Under the pieces are notes generated by a model. That model was not told where the DNA came from. It was given only the letters and a program-made list of their open reading frames with translations, and searched no databases. A stretch of DNA of 32,000 bases, taken from the sequence record JX195166.1. One strand, 5' to 3'. The DNA comes from Pectobacterium phage My1. The translations under genes and the position numbers were made by a program. This document shows, in pieces, positions 16,523-26,684 of the stretch (the stretch's first letter is position 1; each line of letters opens with the position of its first letter).

Positions 16523-16937
16523 GATAATGATTCCTGTCATTTGCTGGAGCAAAACTAGTTAGTGACTTTTCAGGACGTTGCTGCGAAATCCAAGTTAACA
16601 CCATTGATCGTGGGAGTACTGTATCTGTCTGCTCCCATACTTCGTATAAGTAATCTCTAGCGTTAGGATACTTACCGAACTGATAGCTTTTAGTAAACAT
16701 ACTAAAAATAAAACTACGATCTGTAGCATCAGGCTCACGGAAAGGTACTAACTTACTACCTGTAATGGTCTTGACTGCTGTGATGATCTCTTTAAAGGAG
16801 AAAGAAGTCTTGTGGAACGTATTGAAGTATGCTACATTAATAGTTCCGTTAGACTCTACAAACATTTGAATGAATAAATCAGAGAACTCATCTGTTTCTA
16901 ACACCCAACGTTCGTGTAAAATATCAAGTAGTTTCAA
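16473..16937 (-). CDS. hypothetical protein
   Basis: ORF. Confidence 0.65.
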   Translation of the reverse strand: MKLLDILHERWVLETDEFSDLFIQMFVESNGTINVAYFNTFHKTSFSFKEIITAVKTITGSKLVPFREPDATDRSFIFSMFTKSYQFGKYPNARDYLYEVWEQTDTVLPRSMVLTWISQQRPEKSLTSFAPANDRNHYHDSKESKPVRKPTEDS

Positions 16938-17022
16938 AGATTACCTCCATAAGAAACCCATGCTAGATAAAGCTCGTAAGCAATTGGTACTGCGTATGTA
17001 ATAAACTCTGTCATGCGGCCTC

Positions 17023-17259
17023 CTAGGGCTGAATTTCTCGCTTAATGCTATCAAGCGCTAAATCAATATAAGTATTCTTGTAGTCAGACTTCAAGAGTGT
17101 GTTGATTACCCAGTAACTTGCTTTGGCTAAAGCTACTGCAACAGCAGGAAATATGAACAGTGCTGTTTTAATAACTTGCTGAGCGTTCCAGTTACCATTC
17201 TCATTAACTAGGAATAGCACAGTAACAATATACATAATTAAAATGGTTACAAAAATCAT
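17023..17259 (-). CDS. small membrane protein
   Basis: Two hydrophobic segments. Confidence 0.6.
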   Translation of the reverse strand: MIFVTILIMYIVTVLFLVNENGNWNAQQVIKTALFIFPAVAVALAKASYWVINTLLKSDYKNTYIDLALDSIKREIQP

Positions 17260-17266
17260 TTCAACC

Positions 17267-17557
17267 TCACTTTAGTAGCGGTAACACTACTGTCTTTAAT
17301 CGTTTAGGGACGTCTCTAGCAACAGCAATGATTGCCGAGACTTCTTGTCGCACAGCTACTTCATGTTTAAGTAACTCAGCATACTCGTTAACCACATCAT
17401 TCAAGTGTTGGTTAGTTTCATTAGTCTTGGTTAAGAGATCATGTAAACCATTATTGGTTTTCACCAAGTCACTATTGAGTTTAACGTAATATGCCACTAT
17501 ACCTACAAATACTAGTGTGAGTAACGCAAGTAATCCCGCTAAAATTTCTGCTGCCAT
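17267..17557 (-). CDS. membrane-anchored coiled-coil protein
   Basis: N-terminal TM segment then a polar helical region. Confidence 0.6.
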   Translation of the reverse strand: MAAEILAGLLALLTLVFVGIVAYYVKLNSDLVKTNNGLHDLLTKTNETNQHLNDVVNEYAELLKHEVAVRQEVSAIIAVARDVPKRLKTVVLPLLK

Positions 17558-17651
17558 GGTTTCTCCCGTAAATACGATCTAGCATTATCATACCAATTAA
17601 TAAGGGTATCTGACTTGCAGATACCCACGAATACTACCAAACAGAAAAGGA

Positions 17652-17789
17652 TCACCATTTAGTTGGGGGTCTCCAATTTTTATCAGTAGCCCAATCTGCT
17701 ACTGTCTGAGTTAAATCCGTTTTGCTGTCTATAACTACAGCTATTAGTCCACCTATAATAGATAGTCCTATATATCCCAAGATCACCAT
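17652..17789 (-). CDS. 45-aa membrane microprotein MVILGYIGLSIIGGLIAVVIDSKTDLTQTVADWATDKNWRPPTKW
   Basis: Hand translation; below the ORF-track cutoff. Confidence 0.6.
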   Translation of the reverse strand: MVILGYIGLSIIGGLIAVVIDSKTDLTQTVADWATDKNWRPPTKW

Positions 17790-17905
17790 TTTCTATACCA
17801 CTCCACTGCATCTTCGGTAGCTTCTACTATATAATCTGTAATACCGAACCAGTTATCCAGAACAAGAGCTAAGATAAAACCAACCAGAAAATACGTTAAC
17901 ATCAT
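17783..17905 (-). CDS. 40-aa membrane microprotein MMLTYFLVGFILALVLDNWFGITDYIVEATEDAVEWYRKW
   Basis: Hand translation; overlaps the next start by 7 nt. Confidence 0.6.
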   Translation of the reverse strand: MMLTYFLVGFILALVLDNWFGITDYIVEATEDAVEWYRKW

Positions 17906-18162
17906 TATTTGAATACCTGTGCAGTAAGTTTAGCGACTTCACGCTCCAGAGCTTTGTTACGACGCTCAGAGATCAGAAGCTCTTCTCTAGCGTTGCGTGC
18001 ATCCCGCACGACTCTGCTGTACGCCGTAGCGTTAGCGTTTAGAGTCTCATATAGAGCCTGCATTGCAGGGATGGAAAGCTTCTGGAGCTGACCTTCATAA
18101 CCAGTCATGTTGAGCAGGATTGCCAGAGTGTTAGCCATTTCAGTTTTAGTCATGTTTTCCAT
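17905..18162 (-). CDS. hypothetical coiled-coil protein
   Basis: ORF. Confidence 0.6.
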   Translation of the reverse strand: MENMTKTEMANTLAILLNMTGYEGQLQKLSIPAMQALYETLNANATAYSRVVRDARNAREELLISERRNKALEREVAKLTAQVFK

Positions 18163-18338
18163 TTGCTTTTCCTCTCATTAATTTATGTACATATTATATC
18201 AAAAATAAGGGCTTTAAGCAAGTGAATTTAAATTAAATCAACTAAAAGCCCAGCTAAATCCTAAAATAACAAAGTACACACTCACACAGAAAAGAAAGCC
18301 AACTACGAAATACTCTCCAGTAAAACCACTAGAGTTGC

Positions 18339-18437
18339 TCATAGGAGCATACATAGCACCACTCCTACAATAGCTCCTAGTACAAGGTCTATTACTAGTC
18401 GTCTTGCAACTTCATTAGCTATAAAATGAGAGAACAT
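18339..18437 (-). CDS. 32-aa membrane microprotein MFSHFIANEVARRLVIDLVLGAIVGVVLCMLL
   Basis: ATG overlaps the preceding TAA (TAATG). Confidence 0.5.
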   Translation of the reverse strand: MFSHFIANEVARRLVIDLVLGAIVGVVLCMLL

Positions 18438-19051
18438 TATTGCCACCCCTTAAACCTTGCAATCTCAGAGTTTTTCTGGTCTTTAACTGTACGGTCTACG
18501 AAAATTCTACCAGAGGTAAGATCTACTGTCTTGTTCCATGTTACATGCTCACCTTCTTTAATAACCTCAGCATCGATTGGGCCATTAGGCAACATTTCTA
18601 GGGATACGTTAATATACCGAGAGTCAGGAATACTCTCGTCATGAACATGTCCGTGTACACAAATATTATCCCGTAATTGGAGAGGGTGGCAGGGAACATG
18701 ACTATACAACAGACCACTCTTTTTACGTTGCAAGGTAATCTCATTAAACACGCTAGAAAGCTCAGATACTGTAATACCTTCACGTTCAGCATCATGATTA
18801 CCCATGCGGAGGTTGCAAGGAATCCTAGAACCCTTAAACTGCAACACCTTGTGCAGCGCAGCAATACCGTTGCGACCCACACAAACATCTCCCAGTAATT
18901 CAATTACCATGTTCTTTCGATCAATTGAATTACTTAGCAGTTCTAAGACAGCTTCATCATGCTCTTTCATAGATGACCCTAACCATGGCCGCCATTTGTG
19001 TGCATTTGGATGATCTAAGTGCAAATCCGACCATACTAATACTTTAGTCAT
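18437..19051 (-). CDS. calcineurin-like metallophosphoesterase
   Basis: SDLHLDH, LLGDV, MGNHDAE, CVHGHVHDE. Confidence 0.8.
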   Translation of the reverse strand: MTKVLVWSDLHLDHPNAHKWRPWLGSSMKEHDEAVLELLSNSIDRKNMVIELLGDVCVGRNGIAALHKVLQFKGSRIPCNLRMGNHDAEREGITVSELSSVFNEITLQRKKSGLLYSHVPCHPLQLRDNICVHGHVHDESIPDSRYINVSLEMLPNGPIDAEVIKEGEHVTWNKTVDLTSGRIFVDRTVKDQKNSEIARFKGWQ

Positions 19052-19053
19052 AT

Positions 19054-19275
19054 TTACTCCTTATTAATGTTGCACTTCATAGCTACTGAAAAGGTATCTG
19101 CATAGATACCTTTGTTAAGGGAGATCAGTACATAGTCTGTATCTACTTTTCCACCAGCACTTTCACACGCTGTAACAATATCTTTAGGCTCCAAACTAGT
19201 TCCTAGAGATTCTTTAGGATCACACCCTGCCAGCAACGGCAGGGATAGGATAACTGCTAGTAACATCTTATTCAT
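19054..19275 (-). CDS. small lipoprotein
   Basis: MNKMLLAVILSLPLLAGCD lipobox. Confidence 0.7.
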   Translation of the reverse strand: MNKMLLAVILSLPLLAGCDPKESLGTSLEPKDIVTACESAGGKVDTDYVLISLNKGIYADTFSVAMKCNINKE

Positions 19276-19277
19276 TA

Positions 19278-20120
19278 TTAAATCTCCGTAATAGTTTCAC
19301 TACCGTCTTGCTCAGTGGTGTAGCAAGTAGCTTTGCCCTTAATAACATGTGCTGCTGTTATACGACCATTAAATACTCCACCAGTATCCAAGTACACACG
19401 ATTGGCGTACTTAAGTGGATAAGGAACTCCTGTATGGCCATGGAACAGCATAGCTACTCCATTCACCTGAGGTACTACAATAGGCAACTGATTGCTATGT
19501 TGTGCATATCGATCAAAGTATTTACCTTTGGCCCCTTCCTTATACAGGGCAAAGCCTATTTCGTCGATAACATCTCTGTCCCATGCTAAAGTGCTAAGGT
19601 ACTCAGAAGTCTGAGGAGTATTTGTAATCTTAAACCAGTTAGGAGTTACTGGCTGAGCACCCCTTGCAGGGTATTCAAAAGGAATGCCTGCGTGGACAAT
19701 ACCATAACTAAACCCACGGTGTTCCACTGTAATCATAAATGGCATTTTACTACGAACAGATTCTGCAATACCATGAATAGTATCTGTATCGTATCCATCT
19801 GTAATAATCCAATTACCTCCATTGTACAACCAGTTGCTCCAGTCATCTGTCGCTAGGAATAGATCGTGATTGCCCATAACAGAGTGGAAACGTTGGTTAT
19901 ACAAGAAAGTTCCTAACACTTTAATATTGTCAGGGCCTCTGTCAATTAGATCACCTACACAGAATACATAGTCACCACGGTGTTCACTATACCCTGCTAC
20001 TTTAAGTGCTCTCATCATTAGATCAAAGCAGCCATGAATATCCCCTAGAACGAAGAATTCAACGTCATCAGGCACTTTAACTGTTTTATGTTGCACAAAC
20101 TTATTAACATCGAATCTCAT
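19278..20120 (-). CDS. Ser/Thr protein phosphatase-like (lambda PP type)
   Basis: LGDIHGCF, GDLIDRGP, GNHD, FHGHTG; start MRFDVNKF with GGGAG upstream. Confidence 0.85.
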   Translation of the reverse strand: MRFDVNKFVQHKTVKVPDDVEFFVLGDIHGCFDLMMRALKVAGYSEHRGDYVFCVGDLIDRGPDNIKVLGTFLYNQRFHSVMGNHDLFLATDDWSNWLYNGGNWIITDGYDTDTIHGIAESVRSKMPFMITVEHRGFSYGIVHAGIPFEYPARGAQPVTPNWFKITNTPQTSEYLSTLAWDRDVIDEIGFALYKEGAKGKYFDRYAQHSNQLPIVVPQVNGVAMLFHGHTGVPYPLKYANRVYLDTGGVFNGRITAAHVIKGKATCYTTEQDGSETITEI

Positions 20121-20380
20121 TCTGCGTTCTCCCAATAAACTCCAAATTCATAGTGTGAATGCGTTGCTTTAGGTATTCTAAATACCTTATACCCGTTGCT
20201 AATAAGCATCTTTATTTCTGTATAATAAAGTCTCCTATCTAGGAGGACTCCGGTCTTACCTAGATCAATGGCATTAGTCATTGCTCGCTCCAAAGACCTT
20301 TTATCGTGAAATCTACTCATAAAGCTATGAGACCTGTTATGTCTAGATTGTCTCTTAGCTTCTAATGCAGATCTTTCCAT
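20117..20380 (-). CDS. hypothetical protein
   Basis: Start MERSALEA with AGGA upstream; overlaps the next start. Confidence 0.6.
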   Translation of the reverse strand: MERSALEAKRQSRHNRSHSFMSRFHDKRSLERAMTNAIDLGKTGVLLDRRLYYTEIKMLISNGYKVFRIPKATHSHYEFGVYWENAE

Positions 20381-20477
20381 AATATGTTCCTTTCTCAAAT
20401 TTATATACATATTATATCAAAATTTTAGCTGTTTAGCAAGTAAAAGAAAACCCAGATCAGCTGATCTGGGTTAGTAT

Positions 20478-20768
20478 CTATTGGTAATATGTCTCATCTG
20501 CCCAGCCTTCAAAATCAGTGAAAGCGTGGTGTAATACTTCTGATTTAAGACCTGAACCGCTTAGAATGTGATGTAGATCTCCGTCCTCATCTATTAAAAG
20601 AACTGTAGGAACGGTACGAATACCGTATTTTTGCATAGTTTCTACGTCGTCTACCAAGATTTGGTGAGGTATATCTGTACATTTCACTGCTTCTTCAAAA
20701 ACTGGTTTAAAGTGTTTACAAGGTACACACGTACTACCCGACAGTAGAATAATCTTCTTACTTCCCAT
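20478..20768 (-). CDS. thioredoxin/glutaredoxin-like protein
   Basis: GSTCVPCKHFKP redox motif and YGIRTVPTVLLIDEDG. Confidence 0.85.
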   Translation of the reverse strand: MGSKKIILLSGSTCVPCKHFKPVFEEAVKCTDIPHQILVDDVETMQKYGIRTVPTVLLIDEDGDLHHILSGSGLKSEVLHHAFTDFEGWADETYYQ

Positions 20769-21033
20769 TAATCGCCTCCAATAGCGTTTTCATGTTCTTT
20801 ATAGTGGCTGAATCTAAGTCTACTGTTACTCCTAATGCTTCACATACAGCTTCTTTAAACGGCTGCTTTAGTTTTCCAGAAGGCATCGTAACTTTTTTAT
20901 ATCGTCCACTCTTTAGTACTTCAAGTATTTTCTCTAGTGTTGGCATAGAGAGCTTTTGGCCCTCTATATTTGTACCTAAAATCTCAGTAATCTCATTATT
21001 TAAGTCAATTCGAGTAACTCGTTTCTTTGACAT
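20758..21033 (-). CDS. hypothetical protein
   Basis: Start MSKKRVTRIDLNNEI with GGGAAG upstream. Confidence 0.6.
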   Translation of the reverse strand: MSKKRVTRIDLNNEITEILGTNIEGQKLSMPTLEKILEVLKSGRYKKVTMPSGKLKQPFKEAVCEALGVTVDLDSATIKNMKTLLEAINGK

Positions 21034-21190
21034 AGGTCTTCCTTCTCTTAGGGATATTGTTAATTCAGCGGGAGATACCTTAAAGAAGGTAGCCTGTTGA
21101 TGGTAGAATCTATCAGACATGATTAGTCCTCAGCTAGAATTTATACATATATTATACTAAAATAAAGGCAGAAAGTCAAATGAAATTTTA

Positions 21191-21604
21191 CTAAACTAAC
21201 TCTATATGTCCTCCATCGAAACTGCCCCTTTGGATCTCATCCCGATAATCTCCAGACCCATTCCAATCTGCACCAAGACGTATATTAACACCCATTGCTT
21301 TAGCTTCTTCTTTGAAGATTTTAGCAATAGTCCAGAACTTCTCTAGATCATCCCAATCTATCTTACCATTAACAAAAGGAGCAAAGTCAAATGCATCACC
21401 TGTAATATGTTTAGACTTGCTAGGGTCTTTAAGAAAAGAGGTACCATTAGCCACATTCTGTTGGCTTTGAGATAGTGTACGCTTTCCCTGTACAATGGTG
21501 AAGTCTATTGGTGAAATAGCAATAACTCGTAAGGCAAGCTCTTTCAGAGCAGGCTTTACGGTATCTAGTTGTGCTAGGCTTTTACTTCCAAATTTAAAAC
21601 TCAT
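21191..21604 (-). CDS. lys: T5-type endolysin, L-alanyl-D-glutamate peptidase (M15)
   Basis: DFTIVQGKRT, GTSFLKDPSKSKHITGDAFDFAP, GGHIELV closely resemble T5 Lys. Confidence 0.92.
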   Translation of the reverse strand: MSFKFGSKSLAQLDTVKPALKELALRVIAISPIDFTIVQGKRTLSQSQQNVANGTSFLKDPSKSKHITGDAFDFAPFVNGKIDWDDLEKFWTIAKIFKEEAKAMGVNIRLGADWNGSGDYRDEIQRGSFDGGHIELV

Positions 21605-22257
21605 ATTGCTCTACCTAAATATCTCTGCTGTGATGAACAAAGTCTAGACAAATAGTCCTCAAACATAGCCATTTCTGCTTTAGGTACTGGTAGCTCCGTA
21701 TAAGCTATTCCAATATACCCTGCATAGATGTTATTAAGGTTGAAATAAGGGCAGGTGTACACATAGTTGAATGTGATGTTCCTTAAAGAAGGAATGTCAA
21801 CTCCGTTATACCTTATAACCTTTACTTCATTATTTATGGAGTAGTTAAACCCTTCTAGCTGTCTCTTATATAATTGGGACGCTTTATTTACAGGTCTATC
21901 CTCCATATCTCCCTTATCTAGGGGCTGTTTTCCTTCCCAGGCAATTATGTTTTGGTAGTCGTTTATGCCATCAGGCTTATATTTTACCACAAACACGGCA
22001 TCTGCCTCGGTCTGAGAGAAAAGAATCATACTTTTCTCTCTAGCTACGGTTGGGAATGAGGTTACTCTTTGAGTCCTCATATCTTCTATAACAGAGTTAG
22101 TGGAAAAAGCCCTTAAAAAGGAAACTACTTCTCCAGTATGTGCTATGGATAAGTAAAGTAGAACAGTAACGAATATGGTTAATATTCGTTTTAGCAGTGT
22201 GGCTGGATCTTTTGCCTCTGCTAGCATTAACGTAAGTAATTGTATAAATTTATCCAC
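21601..22257 (-). CDS. hol: T5/T4-type holin
   Basis: 218 aa, single N-terminal TM, adjoins the endolysin. Confidence 0.8.
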   Translation of the reverse strand: MDKFIQLLTLMLAEAKDPATLLKRILTIFVTVLLYLSIAHTGEVVSFLRAFSTNSVIEDMRTQRVTSFPTVAREKSMILFSQTEADAVFVVKYKPDGINDYQNIIAWEGKQPLDKGDMEDRPVNKASQLYKRQLEGFNYSINNEVKVIRYNGVDIPSLRNITFNYVYTCPYFNLNNIYAGYIGIAYTELPVPKAEMAMFEDYLSRLCSSQQRYLGRAI

Positions 22258-22396
22258 GATATCCCCCTCTGACTCATATATTATAGTATACTTTTATGCC
22301 ATATACAAATAAATAATTTGCTGGGGGTAAATAAATTTATACAATCAGATTTTACCAAATAAAAAAGCCAGAGGGTTAGCTCTGGCTGTGGAGGTT

Positions 22397-22954
22397 TTAT
22401 TGCTCATGGTATCTGTGCTTTTCAAGAACTTCAAGACGTTCTGTGATTTGTTTAGCGTTAAGGAATATGTCCCTGTTATTCTTTAACATGTCATCAATTT
22501 CGTCAATACTAAAGAAAGGATAATAAAGATCTAGCATCATTTCTTCCATCAACTCATTAGTTGACATGAAAGAATCTTTTGCTTCTTCCCCTTTACCGTA
22601 GAATCCACCTCTAAAGGTATGAGCCATCAAAGTTACTGATGGGTATACAACCCATGAGTGACAGGATAAAAATAGAGTACATGCTGCGCTAGCAGAAGGG
22701 CCTATAAGATGACCCTCTACATGTGCCTTAGATGCTTGTATCAGATTTGACAACTGTACAGCAGTAGATACATAGCCTCCAGGACTATTTATCATCAATC
22801 TTATAGTGTCAGCTTCCCCAGCGTTCATCAGTAATTCAGATAGTGCTCGGTAATGTGATTGCTCCCCTATAGGTTCATCTAAGTAGTATGTGTATACGTT
22901 ACTAGGCACTGCTGCACTAAATAGATTCTCTACAATATTTTTCTTTTTACTCAT
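22397..22954 (-). CDS. ClpP-like serine protease
   Basis: INSPGGYVSTAV, GPSASAACTLFLSC, TLMAHTFRGG. Confidence 0.85.
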   Translation of the reverse strand: MSKKKNIVENLFSAAVPSNVYTYYLDEPIGEQSHYRALSELLMNAGEADTIRLMINSPGGYVSTAVQLSNLIQASKAHVEGHLIGPSASAACTLFLSCHSWVVYPSVTLMAHTFRGGFYGKGEEAKDSFMSTNELMEEMMLDLYYPFFSIDEIDDMLKNNRDIFLNAKQITERLEVLEKHRYHEQ

Positions 22955-22976
22955 TCAATCACCAATATATCCCGAA

Positions 22977-23741
22977 TTACCAGGATCTTTTAAGAGTTAT
23001 GCTATCTAAAGCATGCTCAAGATCTTTTTTAAAGTCATCCATACTTTTCTTATAGTTCATAACTCCCCAAGTTACAAACTCATCTTTAATCCCTGCCTCT
23101 GACTTATGAGTGCCTGTGGCAATTTCCGTTTTATTCTCTGGAGTGATAATACGCATAACGTTTGGGTTAGGAAGTCTGTCCAAAATAGCTTTAGCTTCGT
23201 TATCAAAGCGAGCATCTGTAATTAGAACTAAACCAAAGTATACTTCATCCACCCTGTTACAAAGCACGTCAATCCAGACACTTTCTCCTAGCATCTGTCG
23301 ACCAAACTCTGTGCCAATAAGCTGTAACAGAATTCTAGGAGAAGTGAACATACTGAACTCCCAGTTATCCTTGTCAAATACACAGTAATTACCTAGAGGC
23401 AGTAGATATTGTTCAAAGAACTTGCCCCAAACATACGGGAAATCTGGTTCTACTTCCTCAAGACCGTATTTACGATACGTTAATAACATATTGCGTAAAG
23501 TTTTTTGATTAATAGTGTACCAGTTAGGTAAGTCTTTTATGGCGTCTGCTGAAATATAGCTTACAGGTTTATCTATAAGAGCTGAGGTTAGCTCGTACAC
23601 AGGTTCTGCAAAACTAAACTTATGCACACCAGAAGCAGGATTATCCTGTAAGTAAATTTCTTCTAGAAGTTTTGCAGCAGTGTCTTTACCACTTCTAGCT
23701 TTTCCGGTCAGTCCGATTACTGTTGGGTTTTTCTGAATCAT
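22977..23741 (-). CDS. dnk: T5-like deoxynucleoside monophosphate kinase
   Basis: GLTGKARSGKDTAAKLL P-loop, size and neighbourhood. Confidence 0.8.
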   Translation of the reverse strand: MIQKNPTVIGLTGKARSGKDTAAKLLEEIYLQDNPASGVHKFSFAEPVYELTSALIDKPVSYISADAIKDLPNWYTINQKTLRNMLLTYRKYGLEEVEPDFPYVWGKFFEQYLLPLGNYCVFDKDNWEFSMFTSPRILLQLIGTEFGRQMLGESVWIDVLCNRVDEVYFGLVLITDARFDNEAKAILDRLPNPNVMRIITPENKTEIATGTHKSEAGIKDEFVTWGVMNYKKSMDDFKKDLEHALDSITLKRSW

Positions 23742-24048
23742 TAATAGTTTCCTTGTTAAGGCATCTGGTTTCTTTTAAATCTGTGCGGTAATAACACACC
23801 ATGCTAGACAGATTTAGTATATAATTTACTTCTCGCTCTCTGCAAGAGGTTAGTTTAACCCACTCAGAATAGGGTATAACTACTACAGGTTTGTCATCCT
23901 GGGCTTTAAAGCTGAATTTATATTCACACTTCTCTAATGGGGAAGGCCATGAAACGTGAATAGGTTCGCTAGGAACTTCTACTACTTTAGGTGAGCATCC
24001 TAGGAGGATTGCTATTAAGGGCAGTACTGTGAGTTTCCAGTTGCGCAT
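23695..24048 (-). CDS. outer-membrane spanin-like lipoprotein
   Basis: MRNWKLTVLPLIAILLGC, overlaps an i-spanin-like ORF. Confidence 0.6.
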   Translation of the reverse strand: MRNWKLTVLPLIAILLGCSPKVVEVPSEPIHVSWPSPLEKCEYKFSFKAQDDKPVVVIPYSEWVKLTSCREREVNYILNLSSMVCYYRTDLKETRCLNKETINDSEKPNSNRTDRKS

Positions 24049-24386
24049 GCTAGTCTACCCTCCAAGTCTGCATTCTGTTTAGCAGCTATTCTTGTTACCA
24101 GACCAGGTTTAGATACTATAACACTTTCCCTAGCCAATGTAGAGGACAACTGGGTTAGTCTCCTATCGAGAACTACTTGATTGGTAGAGATAGTAGAATG
24201 GTACCACCCCATAGAAACTACCTTATCCTTCATCTCTTTATTGCTTGCTTGCAGTGTTGCTATTTCTGTATTTGCAACAGATAGTTGGCTAGACAGCGCT
24301 TCTATCTTATTAAACCCTATGTACCCAACAGCTATAATTGCTGCTGCTAGGTACAATGCAGGGTTTTTGAAAAAATCTGGTATCAT
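24015..24386 (-). CDS. i-spanin-like protein
   Basis: N-terminal TM plus a coiled-coil region. Confidence 0.6.
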   Translation of the reverse strand: MIPDFFKNPALYLAAAIIAVGYIGFNKIEALSSQLSVANTEIATLQASNKEMKDKVVSMGWYHSTISTNQVVLDRRLTQLSSTLARESVIVSKPGLVTRIAAKQNADLEGRLACATGNSQYCP

Positions 24387-25081
24387 TTGGCTTTCCTGAA
24401 AGAAGCCTTACTATCAAAGCCTCTCGCTTGAAGTCTATCCTTTTCCGTGGTACTTAAAACTATTGGTTCTGGTTGAGATAGAACTCCAAATACATAGGAC
24501 TCAATACTCTGGTGTAAACGATATAAATTAGGTTCTATTTCCTGCCATGGAATGTTGTTACCTATCAGACTAGGGCACTTAATAAACTCACCTATTAAGG
24601 TGTATCCATGCTCAGCTTCTTTAACGCTAGACAGCATCACTATTGGAGCCTCTAGCGTTTTACAGAGTTTCTCTAGCTCTCGGGTGGTTTCTCCATTAAG
24701 AGAGATACTTTTTAGAATCTCCCGTTTTCTAAAATCCCTGATAAATACTCCAGAGTCTAATAAAAACTTTTCTGCTAACGCAGGGTTTGTGGTATAGAAT
24801 TGCTCTTGGCCTATAACACTAATGCTATGTACCCAGTGTACTACTCCACAAATAAATACGGGCATTAGTGTATACGAACCTTTACTGGTAATACCATTAC
24901 GACCAATGTTAGCATAAACGTCCCTGCTTCTTAGTGCTATACAAGCATTCAGGGGTATACCCATAGTTACTGTTTCACTATTTCTGACCCAACGTCTCGA
25001 CTCATCAAATAACGAGTGCTGTAAGTCATATACGTCCTGAAATTTAGATATAATCTGCATCTGTTCCTCCGTATTAGTCAT
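24383..25081 (-). CDS. hypothetical protein
   Basis: ORF overlapping the next start. Confidence 0.7.
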   Translation of the reverse strand: MTNTEEQMQIISKFQDVYDLQHSLFDESRRWVRNSETVTMGIPLNACIALRSRDVYANIGRNGITSKGSYTLMPVFICGVVHWVHSISVIGQEQFYTTNPALAEKFLLDSGVFIRDFRKREILKSISLNGETTRELEKLCKTLEAPIVMLSSVKEAEHGYTLIGEFIKCPSLIGNNIPWQEIEPNLYRLHQSIESYVFGVLSQPEPIVLSTTEKDRLQARGFDSKASFRKAK

Positions 25082-25116
25082 TATATAACGACCAGGGATT
25101 TATGTCAATGTTATTT

Positions 25117-25458
25117 TTATTCTTCTATAAGGCTTTCGTAATCATTAATATTGTCATCAGGAAGAAAATGTCTAATGGTTCGTAACTGAATTACGCTTCT
25201 GCGAAGTTGCTTATTGGGTAAGCACAAAGTAGATGCCTCTACGAACCCCAGGAACCCAAAGACTGTAACGTACGCCTTAGCCTTTACTTTGCCGTCAGTG
25301 TACTCAAGCTCTATACTCACATGCTGGCTAGGAGAATACAGTCTAACCCAAAATCCATCACCACTGGATGTCCATACACTATAGTCTTCTCCAATAGTTT
25401 CTTGGATAGTTTTAATATGTTCATCAAGTACACTATTCTGTCTCATCTTCGTCTCCAT
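25117..25458 (-). CDS. hypothetical protein
   Basis: ORF. Confidence 0.65.
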   Translation of the reverse strand: METKMRQNSVLDEHIKTIQETIGEDYSVWTSSGDGFWVRLYSPSQHVSIELEYTDGKVKAKAYVTVFGFLGFVEASTLCLPNKQLRRSVIQLRTIRHFLPDDNINDYESLIEE

Positions 25459-25777
25459 CTATAATTAGAACACAGCCATAAGTACATTCTTTAGTATGGC
25501 TAGAGTTAGTTTCTTTAGTAGTTATACTACCGTTTCTATTCAGGGTTACAGCAGGGCCATTAAAGTTACGGTTAGTGTATACCTCTACTCCACTGCTTGT
25601 AGATTTAGTGCTACGAACTGTGCCGTACTCTTTGGTTACCCCATTTTCTTGTACCCTAACTCGGTTATCTTGTATAGTAACTTTAGTAGAGGCATGTGAA
25701 CATGCAACCCCCATAAACGGCATTGCAAGCATAGCCACTAAAAACACAAATGTAGGGGTTTTAATAAACTGTTTCAT
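25433..25777 (-). CDS. secreted or lipoprotein-like protein
   Basis: MKQFIKTPTFVFLVAMLAMPFMGVACSH. Confidence 0.65.
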   Translation of the reverse strand: MKQFIKTPTFVFLVAMLAMPFMGVACSHASTKVTIQDNRVRVQENGVTKEYGTVRSTKSTSSGVEVYTNRNFNGPAVTLNRNGSITTKETNSSHTKECTYGCVLIIDGDEDETE

Positions 25778-26070
25778 CCCTCATTCTCCTCTGCTTCGCA
25801 GTCAGCACATATACCAGACTCCCCAAATTCACTAGCGTGCAAATACCAATTGCAATTTTCACACTCATGGATTTCAAGATCACTCAATGCAGTAGCTAGA
25901 AAATCACCTGCGTCATCAGTGCTAATTTCGATACCTAGTTTAGCAGCCTGTTCTACTAACCAACATTCAAACACTGTCATGAACTCACAGGTTCCCAGAA
26001 TACTACCTTCAGCGATATTTTCGGCTAAGGCTTTTAATTGTTCCTGCTGTAGTTTAGTTAAGCAACTCAT
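25774..26070 (-). CDS. zinc-ribbon protein
   Basis: CENCNWYLHASEFGESGICADC. Confidence 0.65.
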   Translation of the reverse strand: MSCLTKLQQEQLKALAENIAEGSILGTCEFMTVFECWLVEQAAKLGIEISTDDAGDFLATALSDLEIHECENCNWYLHASEFGESGICADCEAEENEG

Positions 26071-26294
26071 ATTCTAGATACTCCTAAAATTTCTTTATAC
26101 TTAATACCTTTCTTCTCTTTGTAGTCAAAAGTTACTCTAGTAACCTTTGCTAGAGATGGGGTACTACGGTACATATTAGGTGGAGTTATTACAAGGTCTC
26201 CTACGTTAATCTTAAAGTTAGTAGAGTCAGGGACTTTGTAAACGTATTCTGTGTCTGAACCGCTAAGAAATTTTACACCTATATGACAAGACAT
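26067..26294 (-). CDS. hypothetical protein
   Basis: ORF overlapping its neighbour by 4 nt. Confidence 0.6.
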   Translation of the reverse strand: MSCHIGVKFLSGSDTEYVYKVPDSTNFKINVGDLVITPPNMYRSTPSLAKVTRVTFDYKEKKGIKYKEILGVSRI

Positions 26295-26384
26295 AATTCT
26301 CTCCTTTAATTTATGAAGATATTATATCAAATAAATAAGCATTTAGCAAATGATAATTAATAAAAAAGCCTAGACACTGGGTAT

Positions 26385-26684
26385 CTAGGCTTGGGGTTTT
26401 AGATTTAAAAGATAAACTACGTCTTTTGGGGTCAGTATATCGTTGAAAAACCCATGCTTTATGGCTTCTTGGTAATACTCAAGTTTGGTACGATTTGCTA
26501 ATTGCATGTTAGCGATAAACCCCACTCCCATTTTACCGTGTGGGGTTAATTGGCCATATGCAGAGTTATTTAATGTAGAAGCGTAATATTCTACTAGAAC
26601 TTCTCCAGAAACTGAGGTTTCCGTATCTATTAGCTCAGCAATATCAAAATGATACCTTAACCATCTCTTAATGAAGTTAAGCAA
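26385..26684 (-). CDS. hypothetical protein
   Basis: ORF. Confidence 0.65.
   Translation of the reverse strand: MLNFIKRWLRYHFDIAELIDTETSVSGEVLVEYYASTLNNSAYGQLTPHGKMGVGFIANMQLANRTKLEYYQEAIKHGFFNDILTPKDVVYLLNLKPQA

Noticed and set aside
18437-20120. Toxin-antitoxin or defence island around the phosphoesterase and phosphatase genes
   Set aside because: Gene content and order fit a normal T5-like early region with lysis genes; no defence architecture seen.
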